Below, one piece after another: positions 45,974 to 55,764 of a stretch of DNA of 55,764 nt. A program made the position numbers and the translations under genes. Below the pieces are notes generated by a model. The model searched no databases, had not been told where the DNA came from, and saw only the letters and a list, made by a program, of their open reading frames with translations. The DNA is from Alloascoidea hylecoeti (Eukaryota): NCBI GenBank assembly GCA_001600815.1, contig BCKZ01000029.1:124001-179764 (forward strand), written 5' to 3'. How positions within the stretch are numbered: the stretch's first letter is position 1; the number at the start of each line of letters is the position of its first letter.

Positions 45974-48643
45974 CTACATATCTACTTCAAAGCACAAAAA
46001 GGATGCCAATGATTCGCTTCTAGCATTTTCCACCAATGGTTCAATCTCCTTTAGTAATGCCCGATTAGTCCCCGATACAGTTTTAATGATCATATCTAAA
46101 ACTGAGCCACAATTTCTTGATAAGCTGTTAGATAATACTCTTCTAAAAAACTCAGTATTCACAGCCACTTGTTGTGATCCTCCAACTCCAAAGTTATCAA
46201 CTTGCCTTAGTGTTTCAAGCATGATTTTTGCAACGTGATCTTGTAACTCTATGATGATACTAGTTGTAATATTAAACGATATGTCTGCTACTCGAGAGTG
46301 TACCGCAGTTATTTTCCCAAGAACCTCATATATGAAAGAACTGATTGCACTCGGACTTTGAATGGTTCCCCAATCATATCCTGATTTCAAAATCCCATGG
46401 CGGATGATTTGTGATAAACGACCTTTAATTCGTTTGGTATAGGCATCAAATAATGATGTATCCATCTGCTCTAAAATATCTGTAACTTTAACAGAATCAT
46501 TTCTTATTTCGACTCCTTGAAAGCTTTTGGTAAAAACATTAGTGAGATGAGGGTAGGTACGTTTTCGAATTTCACCAACATTACTTAATGTCCAAAGAAC
46601 AGCTTCATTTGCAACATCAATTGAAACAATTCCATCGTTAGCATCTGATTGATGATTTTTAACCAATTTCATTAATGATTCTAATATTCCATCGAATGAT
46701 CTTAGAAATTGAACTTGTATTCCCGCTAATAATTGTTTCGAAGGATGAAAAAATATATCTATAGTTTGGCCTTGGTCTTGATCCTGTTGTTGTTGTTCGT
46801 ATATATATGCAATAACATGGATTCCTGTTATCATAACGGTTTGATAATTAACAATCAACTGAGGTAACTTTGTACAATTTCTATTTGTTTCTGATCTACT
46901 GAAATCTTCAAGGTGATTAAATAAAGAGGAATCGTGAGCCCATGTAGAACAAGTGGCGGCAACAAATCTTTCAATACAGCGAACTGCTGACCAGCGTAAT
47001 GCTTCAACACATTTAGCAGTTGGCTGTAACTGCCCTAGTTGAGTGAAATGTGATTCTAATGTTTGTGATATTGTAATTAAATTTCGAAGTGTACTAATTG
47101 AATTGGTTGTAGGTGGTAAGAATCCATACGCTTCCATTTTCCTTTTTTCAGAAGAAGATAGTTTTGTACTTGAGGTTGGACTTTCATTGGAATTTGAATA
47201 TAAAGATAAATCATTTTGTGTTAAATCAAAAAAATCAGTGATTTTTGATGCTAATAAACAAATTAACTTTTCAAATGTTTCTTGAATTTTACGAATTTCA
47301 TAGTCAGCAAAATTCAAATGTGACAAAGATTCTTCGTTGTAACCATGTGGCAATTTTTGTTGATGGCGGCCATTTAAGAAGTCTTTGCAACTATTCCAAA
47401 AAACGGAAATTTTAAAGCAAGCATCACCAATAACAATATCAACAAGTTTTGTTATAAGAAACCACATTTCTGTGATTTCTGCTGTATCACAAGCTAAATC
47501 TTTATTTTCAAACGTTCTAGCCGGATCTCTTAAATATATTGGTAGGTTTGCTTCATAAGATAATGATGATGATGTTGCTAATATTGTAGCCTGAGAAGCT
47601 TTAATTCTATTGATGGCTTTAGAGAAGTTAGTAGATAATTCGGCCTCAAACTGTTCTGCTCTTGAATTAATCCACTCAATGATTGGATTATCCTCAACAC
47701 CTAATTCAAGCAGTTTTGATATTAACTGTAAATAATTTTCATCTGCCCGTGCTTTAGATAACTTCCTCCATAAGTGTTTCCTATAACTATCCACGATGAC
47801 CTCTACTTCCTCCCAAATTCTATCAATTAGTTTCTGAATTTGGAGCACATATTCCGGTGATGTCGAAGTAATTAGATCATTTTGTTTGATATCACGACCA
47901 CGGTTATATGCATCTATCAACCCCTCATAATCATTATTTTGTACAAAATTGTTTAAAGTGCTCGGTAGATTGAAATAGTATTTATTTGCCTCTACAAGCG
48001 ATAAAGCAGTACGTAACGTTTGTTCCTTGGCTCGACTTTCAACAATAGGCTTATAAATAATGGCCGATTTTGAACTGGCATCTGTTACCATTTCATCTAA
48101 GGGTTTAATACCATAATCATAATCAGGAACAAACCCAGCTGTTTCAACCCCTTTATAAACATTATCCAAAGAAGATTTCGAATGCACGAATTTGACGAAT
48201 TCTTTCTCAACCAGATATTTTAAGGCCTTTGACTGTTGCTCAATAGACCCTTCCAATATATCCAATGAATTACCCAGAGTTTCAAAACTGGAGTTACCGT
48301 GAATATCCCGAAGGAAAGCTTGAGGGTCAAAGTTCTTTGATGAAATGAAATATTTCTGTTTAATGTTTGAATTGTTATCCTTTATCAATCCATTATAACG
48401 TAAAACTCTCATAATCGAGTTTGGGCCCCCTAATGGATCAGGTTCATCTTGAATATTTGTATCTGAGTTTAGAGCCACGTCTTGTTCTAGTTTCCTTAAC
48501 AGTTCGTATGATTGTTCGGTATCCTCGACCGTCGAATATTCTAGCGGAACATAATAAGTGGTGGATGAGTCCCAGGTCGTTGGGTCCTTTGTGCTGAGAT
48601 GATAGCACTTTAGTATTTCCTGGATATCTGTGGAGGTTGCCAT
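45974..48643 (-). CDS. SEC5: Exocyst component Sec5
   Basis: DEPDPLG, YFISSKNFDPQAFLRDIH..SFETL..SLD.LE.SI.QQS..LK.LVE.EF.KFV..K..LD, FNLPS.L, L..LGVEDNPI.EW. Confidence 0.92.
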   Translation of the reverse strand: MATSTDIQEILKCYHLSTKDPTTWDSSTTYYVPLEYSTVEDTEQSYELLRKLEQDVALNSDTNIQDEPDPLGGPNSIMRVLRYNGLIKDNNSNIKQKYFISSKNFDPQAFLRDIHGNSSFETLGNSLDILEGSIEQQSKALKYLVEKEFVKFVHSKSSLDNVYKGVETAGFVPDYDYGIKPLDEMVTDASSKSAIIYKPIVESRAKEQTLRTALSLVEANKYYFNLPSTLNNFVQNNDYEGLIDAYNRGRDIKQNDLITSTSPEYVLQIQKLIDRIWEEVEVIVDSYRKHLWRKLSKARADENYLQLISKLLELGVEDNPIIEWINSRAEQFEAELSTNFSKAINRIKASQATILATSSSLSYEANLPIYLRDPARTFENKDLACDTAEITEMWFLITKLVDIVIGDACFKISVFWNSCKDFLNGRHQQKLPHGYNEESLSHLNFADYEIRKIQETFEKLICLLASKITDFFDLTQNDLSLYSNSNESPTSSTKLSSSEKRKMEAYGFLPPTTNSISTLRNLITISQTLESHFTQLGQLQPTAKCVEALRWSAVRCIERFVAATCSTWAHDSSLFNHLEDFSRSETNRNCTKLPQLIVNYQTVMITGIHVIAYIYEQQQQDQDQGQTIDIFFHPSKQLLAGIQVQFLRSFDGILESLMKLVKNHQSDANDGIVSIDVANEAVLWTLSNVGEIRKRTYPHLTNVFTKSFQGVEIRNDSVKVTDILEQMDTSLFDAYTKRIKGRLSQIIRHGILKSGYDWGTIQSPSAISSFIYEVLGKITAVHSRVADISFNITTSIIIELQDHVAKIMLETLRQVDNFGVGGSQQVAVNTEFFRRVLSNSLSRNCGSVLDMIIKTVSGTNRALLKEIEPLVENARSESLASFLCFEVDM

Positions 48644-48706
48644 GCTGGCTGGCTAGAAGATACACAAACGCAAATGCAAATGTTGTGGTCGATTTTCAAA
48701 CGCAAG

Positions 48707-48714
48707 TTACCCGG
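48707..48714 (+). promoter_or_regulatory. Reb1-type site TTACCCGG in the 154-bp SEC5/MTC5 divergent promoter
   Basis: Exact consensus near the middle of a short divergent spacer. Confidence 0.6.
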
Positions 48715-48797
48715 GACCTGTCTCCTGACATGACTCCAATTGCGCATGCAACAAAGGATAGGAAAGAAGTCTAGAGATAAGGGAGTATTGTAAGGTG

Positions 48798-51700
48798 ATG
48801 AATAAAAGTGCCTGGCAGTCTGTCACTTTTGATAACCCTCTGTCGCTCAGAGTGGATGGGGCGGTGGGGGCCATGTCTATCAGCACCTGTGGTCGAGATG
48901 CTGTATTGGCTTCCCGTCGAGGATTATATGTTATTGATTTGGACGATCCATTCTCACCTCCTCGATGGCTTCATCATCTGACATCGTGGGAAGTAGCAGA
49001 CGTTCAATGGTCTCCTCATGTGTCTCGATCAACGTGGGTGGTATCTACTTCAAACCAAAAGGCAATGGTCTGGAACCTTGCTAGATCATCTTCCGATGCC
49101 ATCGAACACGTTCTACACGGTCATAGCAGAGCTATCACTGATATAAACTTTCATCCTGTTGTGCCGGAAATGTTGGCAACATGTTCTGTTGACTCATATG
49201 TTTTAGCTTGGGATCTGAGAAAACCAGGCAAACCGTGTAATACTTTTTCAGATTGGAGAGCAGGTGCAACTCAGGTTAAATGGAATTATAAAAATCCTAA
49301 TATTGTCGCCTCAAGTCATGATCGTTACGTTTATATATGGGATACAAGGAAAGGTGCAATTCCATTACATACAATTCATGCCCATAGCCGGAAAATTAAT
49401 TCCGTTGATTTTAATAAACATTCAGAGACAAAATTCATTACATGTTCAAATGATTATACTGTTAAATTCTGGGATTATTCTAAATCAATAGAGGACCCTC
49501 AATACACAATACATACCGATTTCCCTATATGGCGGGCTCGTCATTTACCGTTTGGAAATGGTTGTGGTATAATGCCTCTTCGCGGAGGAAGTAATTCTGT
49601 ATATTTTGTAAGATACAATGATGAAGTAGGAGAATCAGATTTAAATCCCGAATACATTGTTAAAGGTCATACAGAACCAGTAAGAGAATTTTTATGGAGA
49701 TCAAGAGAAACTGATTCTGATGTCAATGACCGTGAGTATCAACTGATTACTTGGTCAAAAGATTGTGACTTACGATTATGGCCAATGTCTGATTATATTT
49801 ATTCAAAATTCGATTATACTAGAGGTATTGGACCACCAATTGCTTCAACAAGACATGGGTCAAAATATGTTTCTTATAGAAATGAACCAAGTATAAATAA
49901 TACAAATGGATTCCCTTCTAACGTTTCATGGCATCAATCTGGAGGGTATAAGTCAAGAACCAATTTATCTTTAGGTGCCTCTGAATTTGATAAACTTAAA
50001 ACAACAAATGGAGCAGTTAGAAATAATGATTGGAATCATTTGAATTGGTTATCTGGTGTTAGAATTGGTCGATCTGCATTTGCACCCCCAATAGATGATA
50101 TTAGAGGTATGACAGGCTCTACGTTAGGTTCTGCAATTGGCGATGTAGCCCCTGAAAATTTAGGTGAAGAGGTCAGCATAGTAGGCCATAAATTCCCGAA
50201 AGTTCGATTTGAAAAGATTTCTGTATCAACAGGAAAAATTATCGTTTCTTTGAACGGCCCTTGGGGTTTAAAGGAAGAAGGTGAAGAAGAAAATGAATTT
50301 GTGTTCATGAGAGTTGAAGTAAATTTCCCAAAAGAATACCCTAAAAATGCACCTCCAACTTTTACTATCGAAGAAAATTCTGATATTTCTTTGGAGTTAA
50401 AACAAGACATTATAACACAATTAGATAATATTTCTTCAAAATATGTATCTGCAACCAAATTTTGTTTAGAACCATGTCTCCGTTATTTAATGGGTGAAAA
50501 AATATCAATAGATATTGATTTTTTTGATGAGCCAAGTTTGGAACTAACTAGAAATTTTGATCCGTTATTTCTAGATAAAAGTTCCTCACGGCGTGCAAGC
50601 GATGATGAGAATCTTAGTGATGTTGACGAAGATATATATAACAGCCCCGGGCGTGGAGATAAAAGTATGAGTGACAGTGATGATAACGACTTTGATGAGG
50701 ATTATGGAGGTTTAATTCCAGGGATGAATGATACGTCTTTAGGACAAGTCCCAGGCCCATTACAAATTTATAATACTCCAGTACCTAAAGGATGTGGAGC
50801 AACTTGGGATGCACAGGGAAGATTGATTTGTTTCCTTATATGCTCCAAGACGGAAGAAGAGAAGAAACTGAATCTATTATCATTTAATGAGAAAGGTTTT
50901 AGTGTTTCAGAGAATAAAAACAAGAAAAATGGCTCTAATTCTATTCAAGAGGATGGTAATGCTGCCAACAATCTTGATAGTGAGAGTGAGAGTAGCTTCT
51001 CTGATGAGTGGGATGAAATGGTAAATGACTTTGAACCATCTAGGAGATTACGGGTACCAATTTCCGGACTTATAAAATCAACTGTTGGTTTTAGACAATT
51101 TAGATCCTTTGCGGGAACAAACTCAGCAACTGAAAGATCACAGGGAACTCAAAAATCAAATAAATTGAAACCTTCAAATATACAAAAAAATGTTGTTCGT
51201 ATATACGATTTCACTCACTTGATGCCATGTAAAAAGGCACTAGCGGAGGAGTATCAAGTTTTAGGCGCTGAACCATATGTTTTAGCTGCTCATAACTCAA
51301 CTGTTGCTAGAACACATGGTGAAAATGATATAGCCGATTGTTGGTCATTATTGGAAACATTATTAAAGAAAAAGTATCAAATGGCCCCAAACCATACAAT
51401 TCATAAAATTGATCTGTTTTTACAATCGGAAGTTGGCAAAAAAATTATGGGTAAAGATACGTTCCCTGATAAACCTTCACGATTTTATTGGGGCTCCCAT
51501 CCTTTCGGAAGTCAATGGCTAATAAAAGAAATATTTTCATACTATGAAAGATTAGAAAATTTACAAATGGTAGTTATGTTATCCTGTATTTTATTTGAAA
51601 ATCCAAGAAATGTTGATGGTGAAGCAATACCCATTAATGCTCCATTTGTATTAAGACTGAAGCAAAAACAACAACATCAACTTCAGCTTCAACAACAGAA

Positions 51701-52685
51701 ACAACAACAACAATATCAACAGCAACAACAAGAGCAACAACATCAGCATCAGAAAGAACAACAACAACAGAAAAATGTTGTTCCTATAACACCATACACG
51801 AACAATTTCAATATTACAAGTACAGATACTAGATATGTTGCTGAAACTTTATCTCTTCGCTCTTTATATAGCACAACTGTAGCAAAGAGCAGGTCTATTC
51901 CAACACCAATGAAGACACCATCACCTGGGATTGCCAATGTCCCTGGATTTAACTGGGGTGGATCTGATTCATATTCGTCATATGGCAGTTATTTATCAAG
52001 ATCATCTGAGAAGCTCTCAAATAATAGGAAAAATATTCCGGTTTTCTATTCATCTCGAGAAAGTAATGGAATGGAAATGGCTCTACCAAGTACAGGAGCA
52101 AATGTATCTGCACGACACATGTCAAGAGGTTCGAGTATAATTGTCAATACTCGACTTGAGCATGAACCCATAATCACTACATCATCGCAATATATTCCAC
52201 CCAAAATTGAATTACAAATGGTAAATGAAGATATATTTGATCTATATGAGGAGAAATATTTTTTACCATTTTTATCATCTATCGATGAAGAGAGAATGAA
52301 CAACTTAAGAGAAGATTACGCTGAGTTACTATATTATTGGAACTTTCCTTTCAGACGATTAGAGGTACTAAAATTCAATTACTCATCAGTACACGTTCAT
52401 GCAGACTTACATCCCTTTAATATAAAATCTGAACGGGGAGTAGATTATGAGGTTCATTTTGGATGGAGGACCCGAAACAATAAGACAAACAATGTCTGTT
52501 CTTTTTGTAATATAGTTGTTAAGGAAAGGGCATTTATCTGTATTAATTGTGAACATTTAATGCATGCTACTTGTGCAATTGAATGGTGGAGAAATGATGT
52601 TGACGAATGTCCTAGTGGTTGTGGCTGTAATTGTCTTGATCACTTGTATGATGCCGATGAGAACAACCAGCTGCAGTTGAACTAA
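48798..52685 (+). CDS. MTC5: SEA/GATOR2 subunit Mtc5/Sea3 (WDR59): WD40, RWD, polyQ tract, C-terminal RING
   Basis: GRDAVLASRRGLYVIDLDDPFSPPRWLHH.TSWEVADVQWSPH, NLGEEVSIVGHKFPKVRFEKISV, C..C.H..H..C..WW...CPSGCGCNC. Confidence 0.95.
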   Translation: MNKSAWQSVTFDNPLSLRVDGAVGAMSISTCGRDAVLASRRGLYVIDLDDPFSPPRWLHHLTSWEVADVQWSPHVSRSTWVVSTSNQKAMVWNLARSSSDAIEHVLHGHSRAITDINFHPVVPEMLATCSVDSYVLAWDLRKPGKPCNTFSDWRAGATQVKWNYKNPNIVASSHDRYVYIWDTRKGAIPLHTIHAHSRKINSVDFNKHSETKFITCSNDYTVKFWDYSKSIEDPQYTIHTDFPIWRARHLPFGNGCGIMPLRGGSNSVYFVRYNDEVGESDLNPEYIVKGHTEPVREFLWRSRETDSDVNDREYQLITWSKDCDLRLWPMSDYIYSKFDYTRGIGPPIASTRHGSKYVSYRNEPSINNTNGFPSNVSWHQSGGYKSRTNLSLGASEFDKLKTTNGAVRNNDWNHLNWLSGVRIGRSAFAPPIDDIRGMTGSTLGSAIGDVAPENLGEEVSIVGHKFPKVRFEKISVSTGKIIVSLNGPWGLKEEGEEENEFVFMRVEVNFPKEYPKNAPPTFTIEENSDISLELKQDIITQLDNISSKYVSATKFCLEPCLRYLMGEKISIDIDFFDEPSLELTRNFDPLFLDKSSSRRASDDENLSDVDEDIYNSPGRGDKSMSDSDDNDFDEDYGGLIPGMNDTSLGQVPGPLQIYNTPVPKGCGATWDAQGRLICFLICSKTEEEKKLNLLSFNEKGFSVSENKNKKNGSNSIQEDGNAANNLDSESESSFSDEWDEMVNDFEPSRRLRVPISGLIKSTVGFRQFRSFAGTNSATERSQGTQKSNKLKPSNIQKNVVRIYDFTHLMPCKKALAEEYQVLGAEPYVLAAHNSTVARTHGENDIADCWSLLETLLKKKYQMAPNHTIHKIDLFLQSEVGKKIMGKDTFPDKPSRFYWGSHPFGSQWLIKEIFSYYERLENLQMVVMLSCILFENPRNVDGEAIPINAPFVLRLKQKQQHQLQLQQQKQQQQYQQQQQEQQHQHQKEQQQQKNVVPITPYTNNFNITSTDTRYVAETLSLRSLYSTTVAKSRSIPTPMKTPSPGIANVPGFNWGGSDSYSSYGSYLSRSSEKLSNNRKNIPVFYSSRESNGMEMALPSTGANVSARHMSRGSSIIVNTRLEHEPIITTSSQYIPPKIELQMVNEDIFDLYEEKYFLPFLSSIDEERMNNLREDYAELLYYWNFPFRRLEVLKFNYSSVHVHADLHPFNIKSERGVDYEVHFGWRTRNNKTNNVCSFCNIVVKERAFICINCEHLMHATCAIEWWRNDVDECPSGCGCNCLDHLYDADENNQLQLN

Positions 52686-53275
52686 TCCATTCCAACTGGC
52701 GATGTAAGCCCAGAAGAATCCGAATCAGATCGTAAAGGAGCATCATCAAGCATAGATCTAACTGAATTGGACACTTTGAGAATGGGGGAAGGTATCTTAT
52801 TTATCGAACCAAAGGGAGAAGAAGAGTAACTATGTTTAAAGGGAGTTAATGGTGAGTCAGGAACTGATTGACCAAATAATTATTTTGACGAGGCTGTTGA
52901 AGAACAGTTCTTTGCTGGCAATTTTAGTTCATAGGTTTGATGATCATTTGAAGGTTCTTCATTATCTGATTTATCAACATGTTCTAATGCACAAACAAGT
53001 GATTTTCTTCTTTCGGTTGCTCTATTGCTGGTTGAGTCAAAATGTTCTGGGTCTCCTGTACTAATATTACTGCTCGACAATAAAGAAATAATTGATTCTT
53101 TATTATTCTTTTTTACACCTCCATTTTCAGCAGAATTATCATTTGAAGTTTTGAATGTTTTCACAGGAACTGATTGAATATTTGTCCATTGGGAATGAAG
53201 AAGACTCATGTCCATCTGAATAATTAGTTTTCATCGAACGATAAGAACTATTTCTTTTAAGTCTTGTAGTGCTAT
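52682..53275 (-). pseudogene. Interrupted Ser/Pro-rich ORF (internal TAA at 52882-52880, TGA at 53233-53231)
   Basis: Track ORF 53215-52880 continues in frame past TAA for 65 codons (LFGQSVPDSPLTPF...GLTSPVGMD*) to a TAG at 52684-52682. An intron-like GTAAGT..ACTAAC..TAG lies upstream at 53327-53276. Confidence 0.45.
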
Positions 53276-54890
53276 CTAAAGAATAGTTAGTTTCCCCTGA
53301 ATCTCTGTTACAGCTGCCACGACTTACAAAACCAGCAACAAAAATATATTAATATAAATAATATCACTAAAACCTACATAATCTCATAATTCCGATAAAA
53401 TTTATTTAATACTCCCTTTTTGTATTTTAAGTTGGGGAGCTAGATGTTTTCTAAAATTTAGCGCATTGAGGTCAGTAGATCTATTCATAAAACACACAGT
53501 TTCATTATGCCATGATTAGTTAGAAGCTGTCATATTGGTATCATATGATACCTCTAGGATCAAATAATAATTTAGGTATCATTTTAAATTGAATATCGTA
53601 GTGTAGCCCGAAAATTAAGAACTATAAATTCTGGACGAAAATACAAAATAATTCTTTAATCACTGCAACTCAAAAGTTACATTTTTAAAACAACCACTAA
53701 ATCACCACCAGAATTTAAAATGGCACATATAAGGGCTTGGATGAATGAGAGAAAGACCATACAAACAACCTTAGATAGTCGGACATGGAATATAATCAAA
53801 ATCGACTCTTTACGATCACTTCTACAGTAAATTTGCGAAACAAGATACCCACCAAAATTAAAGGCTTCCACCTACTCTTNAAGACTGAGATAACATTTGA
53901 CTACTTTTGAATTTGTGTGAAAATGGTTGCTATTATGAAGCATTTTCGTGTGCGGCTTTATGAGATTATTGTGAACCGCGTGGAAGAATATAAGGAACGC
54001 CAAAACAAAGGATTATTGTTCCGCAAAACCCCATACACTAGTCATTGTGAGATAGTCTAAACTTTCCACTTCTCTTTAACAAACTCAGAAAATTCGAAGC
54101 GTACAGTATTTTAAATGTGGATCCAAAATATTTTCTTGAATGATGTTCCATTACTTCGAGCTTTTTGTAATATAACATTGCGAATCTCCAATATTTGGAT
54201 CTTTGATAGAACACTGCACAGTTAGTGCGTGCTATAGTCTTCATTTTACCGGCACTTATTGGTCGGGAAATGTAAGGGACGGATGCTTCCAGCATTCGTT
54301 CACTAAAGAAGAGGTTGAAACAGACCTACGACGAGAAGCTTGTTAACTTCTGTATAAGTTACATGTTTGTTCCTCTCTCGTGTTCATTTGAGGGCAGTGG
54401 AGATTACATAAACGACGGACACGATCACATCTGAACGAACACAAACATGTATCACCTGGTACGCGTCTGGCAGTTTTATTTTAAATTATATTTTACGATA
54501 AGTTCCAAATTAAAAAATGGCAAACGAGGTATATTTATCTTAATAGAAGATTTAGATCGAACAAGAGAGGAGTATTGGACACTCTAAAAAGTAACCGTAG
54601 AAACCAGCACTAGTATTAACATTTAAGGATAAAGATTGATCATATATTGAAAACGGCATTCTTTTACCAATCTTGATTCATATATCAAGTACCTATACAA
54701 CGTCAGATCCATAGAGTCCGGACGGAACATAATTGATATTTTCAACTACCATTTCTTAACCAAAAACTAATATAAATTAAATTTAATGCTNTCACTAAAA
54801 TCTATTTAATCTCGTCATTTTGATAATAGATTTTCAATGTGCAATTTTTGTATTTTTTGTTGTAGAGTGAGATTTTTTTTCCGACTTGGC

Positions 54891-55131
54891 GCTAATTAAT
54901 TTTTGTAAATAACGCTAAATTTGGCCAAATAATTTTCGAAAATAGTACTACCAAATTATCATAGGTAACGCTAAATAATTATCTAAATCATCACTAATTA
55001 ATTATCAAATTTAATTTTAATTGATTTCCAAAGCGAACGCTAATTAATTTACGGAAATAATGCTAATTAATTCTCAGACATCTCGCTAATTATTTTCGAA
55101 AATAGCGCTATTAATAGGTGGAGGGACTGTA
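54891..55131. mobile_element. Array of about ten 23-bp degenerate repeats ending in a probable Tc1/pogo-like terminus (...GGTGGAGGGACTG|TA)
   Basis: Units start at 54891, 54924, 54947, 54970, 54993, 55016, 55039, 55062, 55085 and 55107 (consensus approx. GCTAATTAATTTTCGAAAATAAC). The reverse complement of the end reads TA|CAGTCCCTCCACC. Confidence 0.6.
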
Positions 55132-55764
55132 TAGCTATCAATTTACTTAACGCTAAACTCCAGATACATTGTATAATTATTAATGATAACTATACGGTCA
55201 TTAAAGTGTTTATATGGTTTCTCGNTTGAATATTTATTAATTCCATCTATTTTCGGGAAAANAATTGAATAGTCAACGTTGGTAGCCAGGAAAGCATTTT
55301 GTTGATGATCATAATTATAATTATATCAATAATATGAATGGTTTGGATTGTTCTTTCGAGGTTTGGCTATAGGGCACGGGTACGCAAGTACTAAGTTTAT
55401 TACCATTGAGCATACCATGATCGGACTGTAAGTTTAACATAAGATAATAGTATAAAAGTATAGGGTTAGAATCCCCATATTTCAGATTAGGGTCAGAAAA
55501 CGATTGAGCTAAAAATCTAATTAATTTTGGTTATTTGTATTTTTTAGATCANTATTTAAATTTGTTCCTGATCTGCTAGATTCCCATCTAATAATAATAG
55601 AGATGGATATCGATACCTAGGCCTATAGTTATGTCAACTTATTTTTACCTATTCAAGAAGGACGATCGATCTTTGAGATTACATAGCTGCAATGTTTATG
55701 GACTTATTCAATTTTCTACTTGTCTTCCCAATTAACTCTTGTGCGAGAACCGCTGACAACCCTT

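Noticed and set aside
51660..51770. PolyQ tract in MTC5
   Set aside because: Ordinary low-complexity insertion in an AT-rich yeast.
54891..55129. CRISPR-like repeat/spacer interpretation of the 23-bp array
   Set aside because: Eukaryotic context, units too short and degenerate, no unique ~30-bp spacers, no cas genes.

Overview
Eukaryotic nuclear DNA from an AT-rich, intron-containing yeast, most consistent with an early-diverging Saccharomycotina lineage. It retains alpha-actinin, has short GT-AG introns with CTAAC/CTAAT branch points, and has CTG at conserved Leu positions. About 21 protein genes are present: alpha-actinin, AIM29, SPT4 (missed by the ORF track), COX18, HOM3, BUL1-like, AIM17-like dioxygenase, a p24 protein, SPO11, PCH2, GDT1, a GH17 glucanase, TDA11-like, KEL1/2, MIC26, one orphan, RRN5, SLS1, CDC37, TAF10, SEC5 and MTC5/SEA3. 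Mobile and decayed DNA comprises a degenerate full-length Tc1/mariner element with both TIRs (780-2715), a copia gag-like relic, a yapsin-like pseudogene and a probable second transposon end with a 23-bp subterminal array. The most striking observations are (1) SPO11 and PCH2 head-to-head across a 78-bp spacer with internal symmetry, (2) AIM29 and SPT4 in tandem only 13 bp apart, a candidate bicistron, (3) a 105-bp inverted repeat in a 3-kb gene-free region, (4) a duplicated ~80-bp non-coding element between COX18 and HOM3, and (5) several gene adjacencies also recalled from S. cerevisiae. All gene calls and exon boundaries were made by eye from motifs; no database searches were run.
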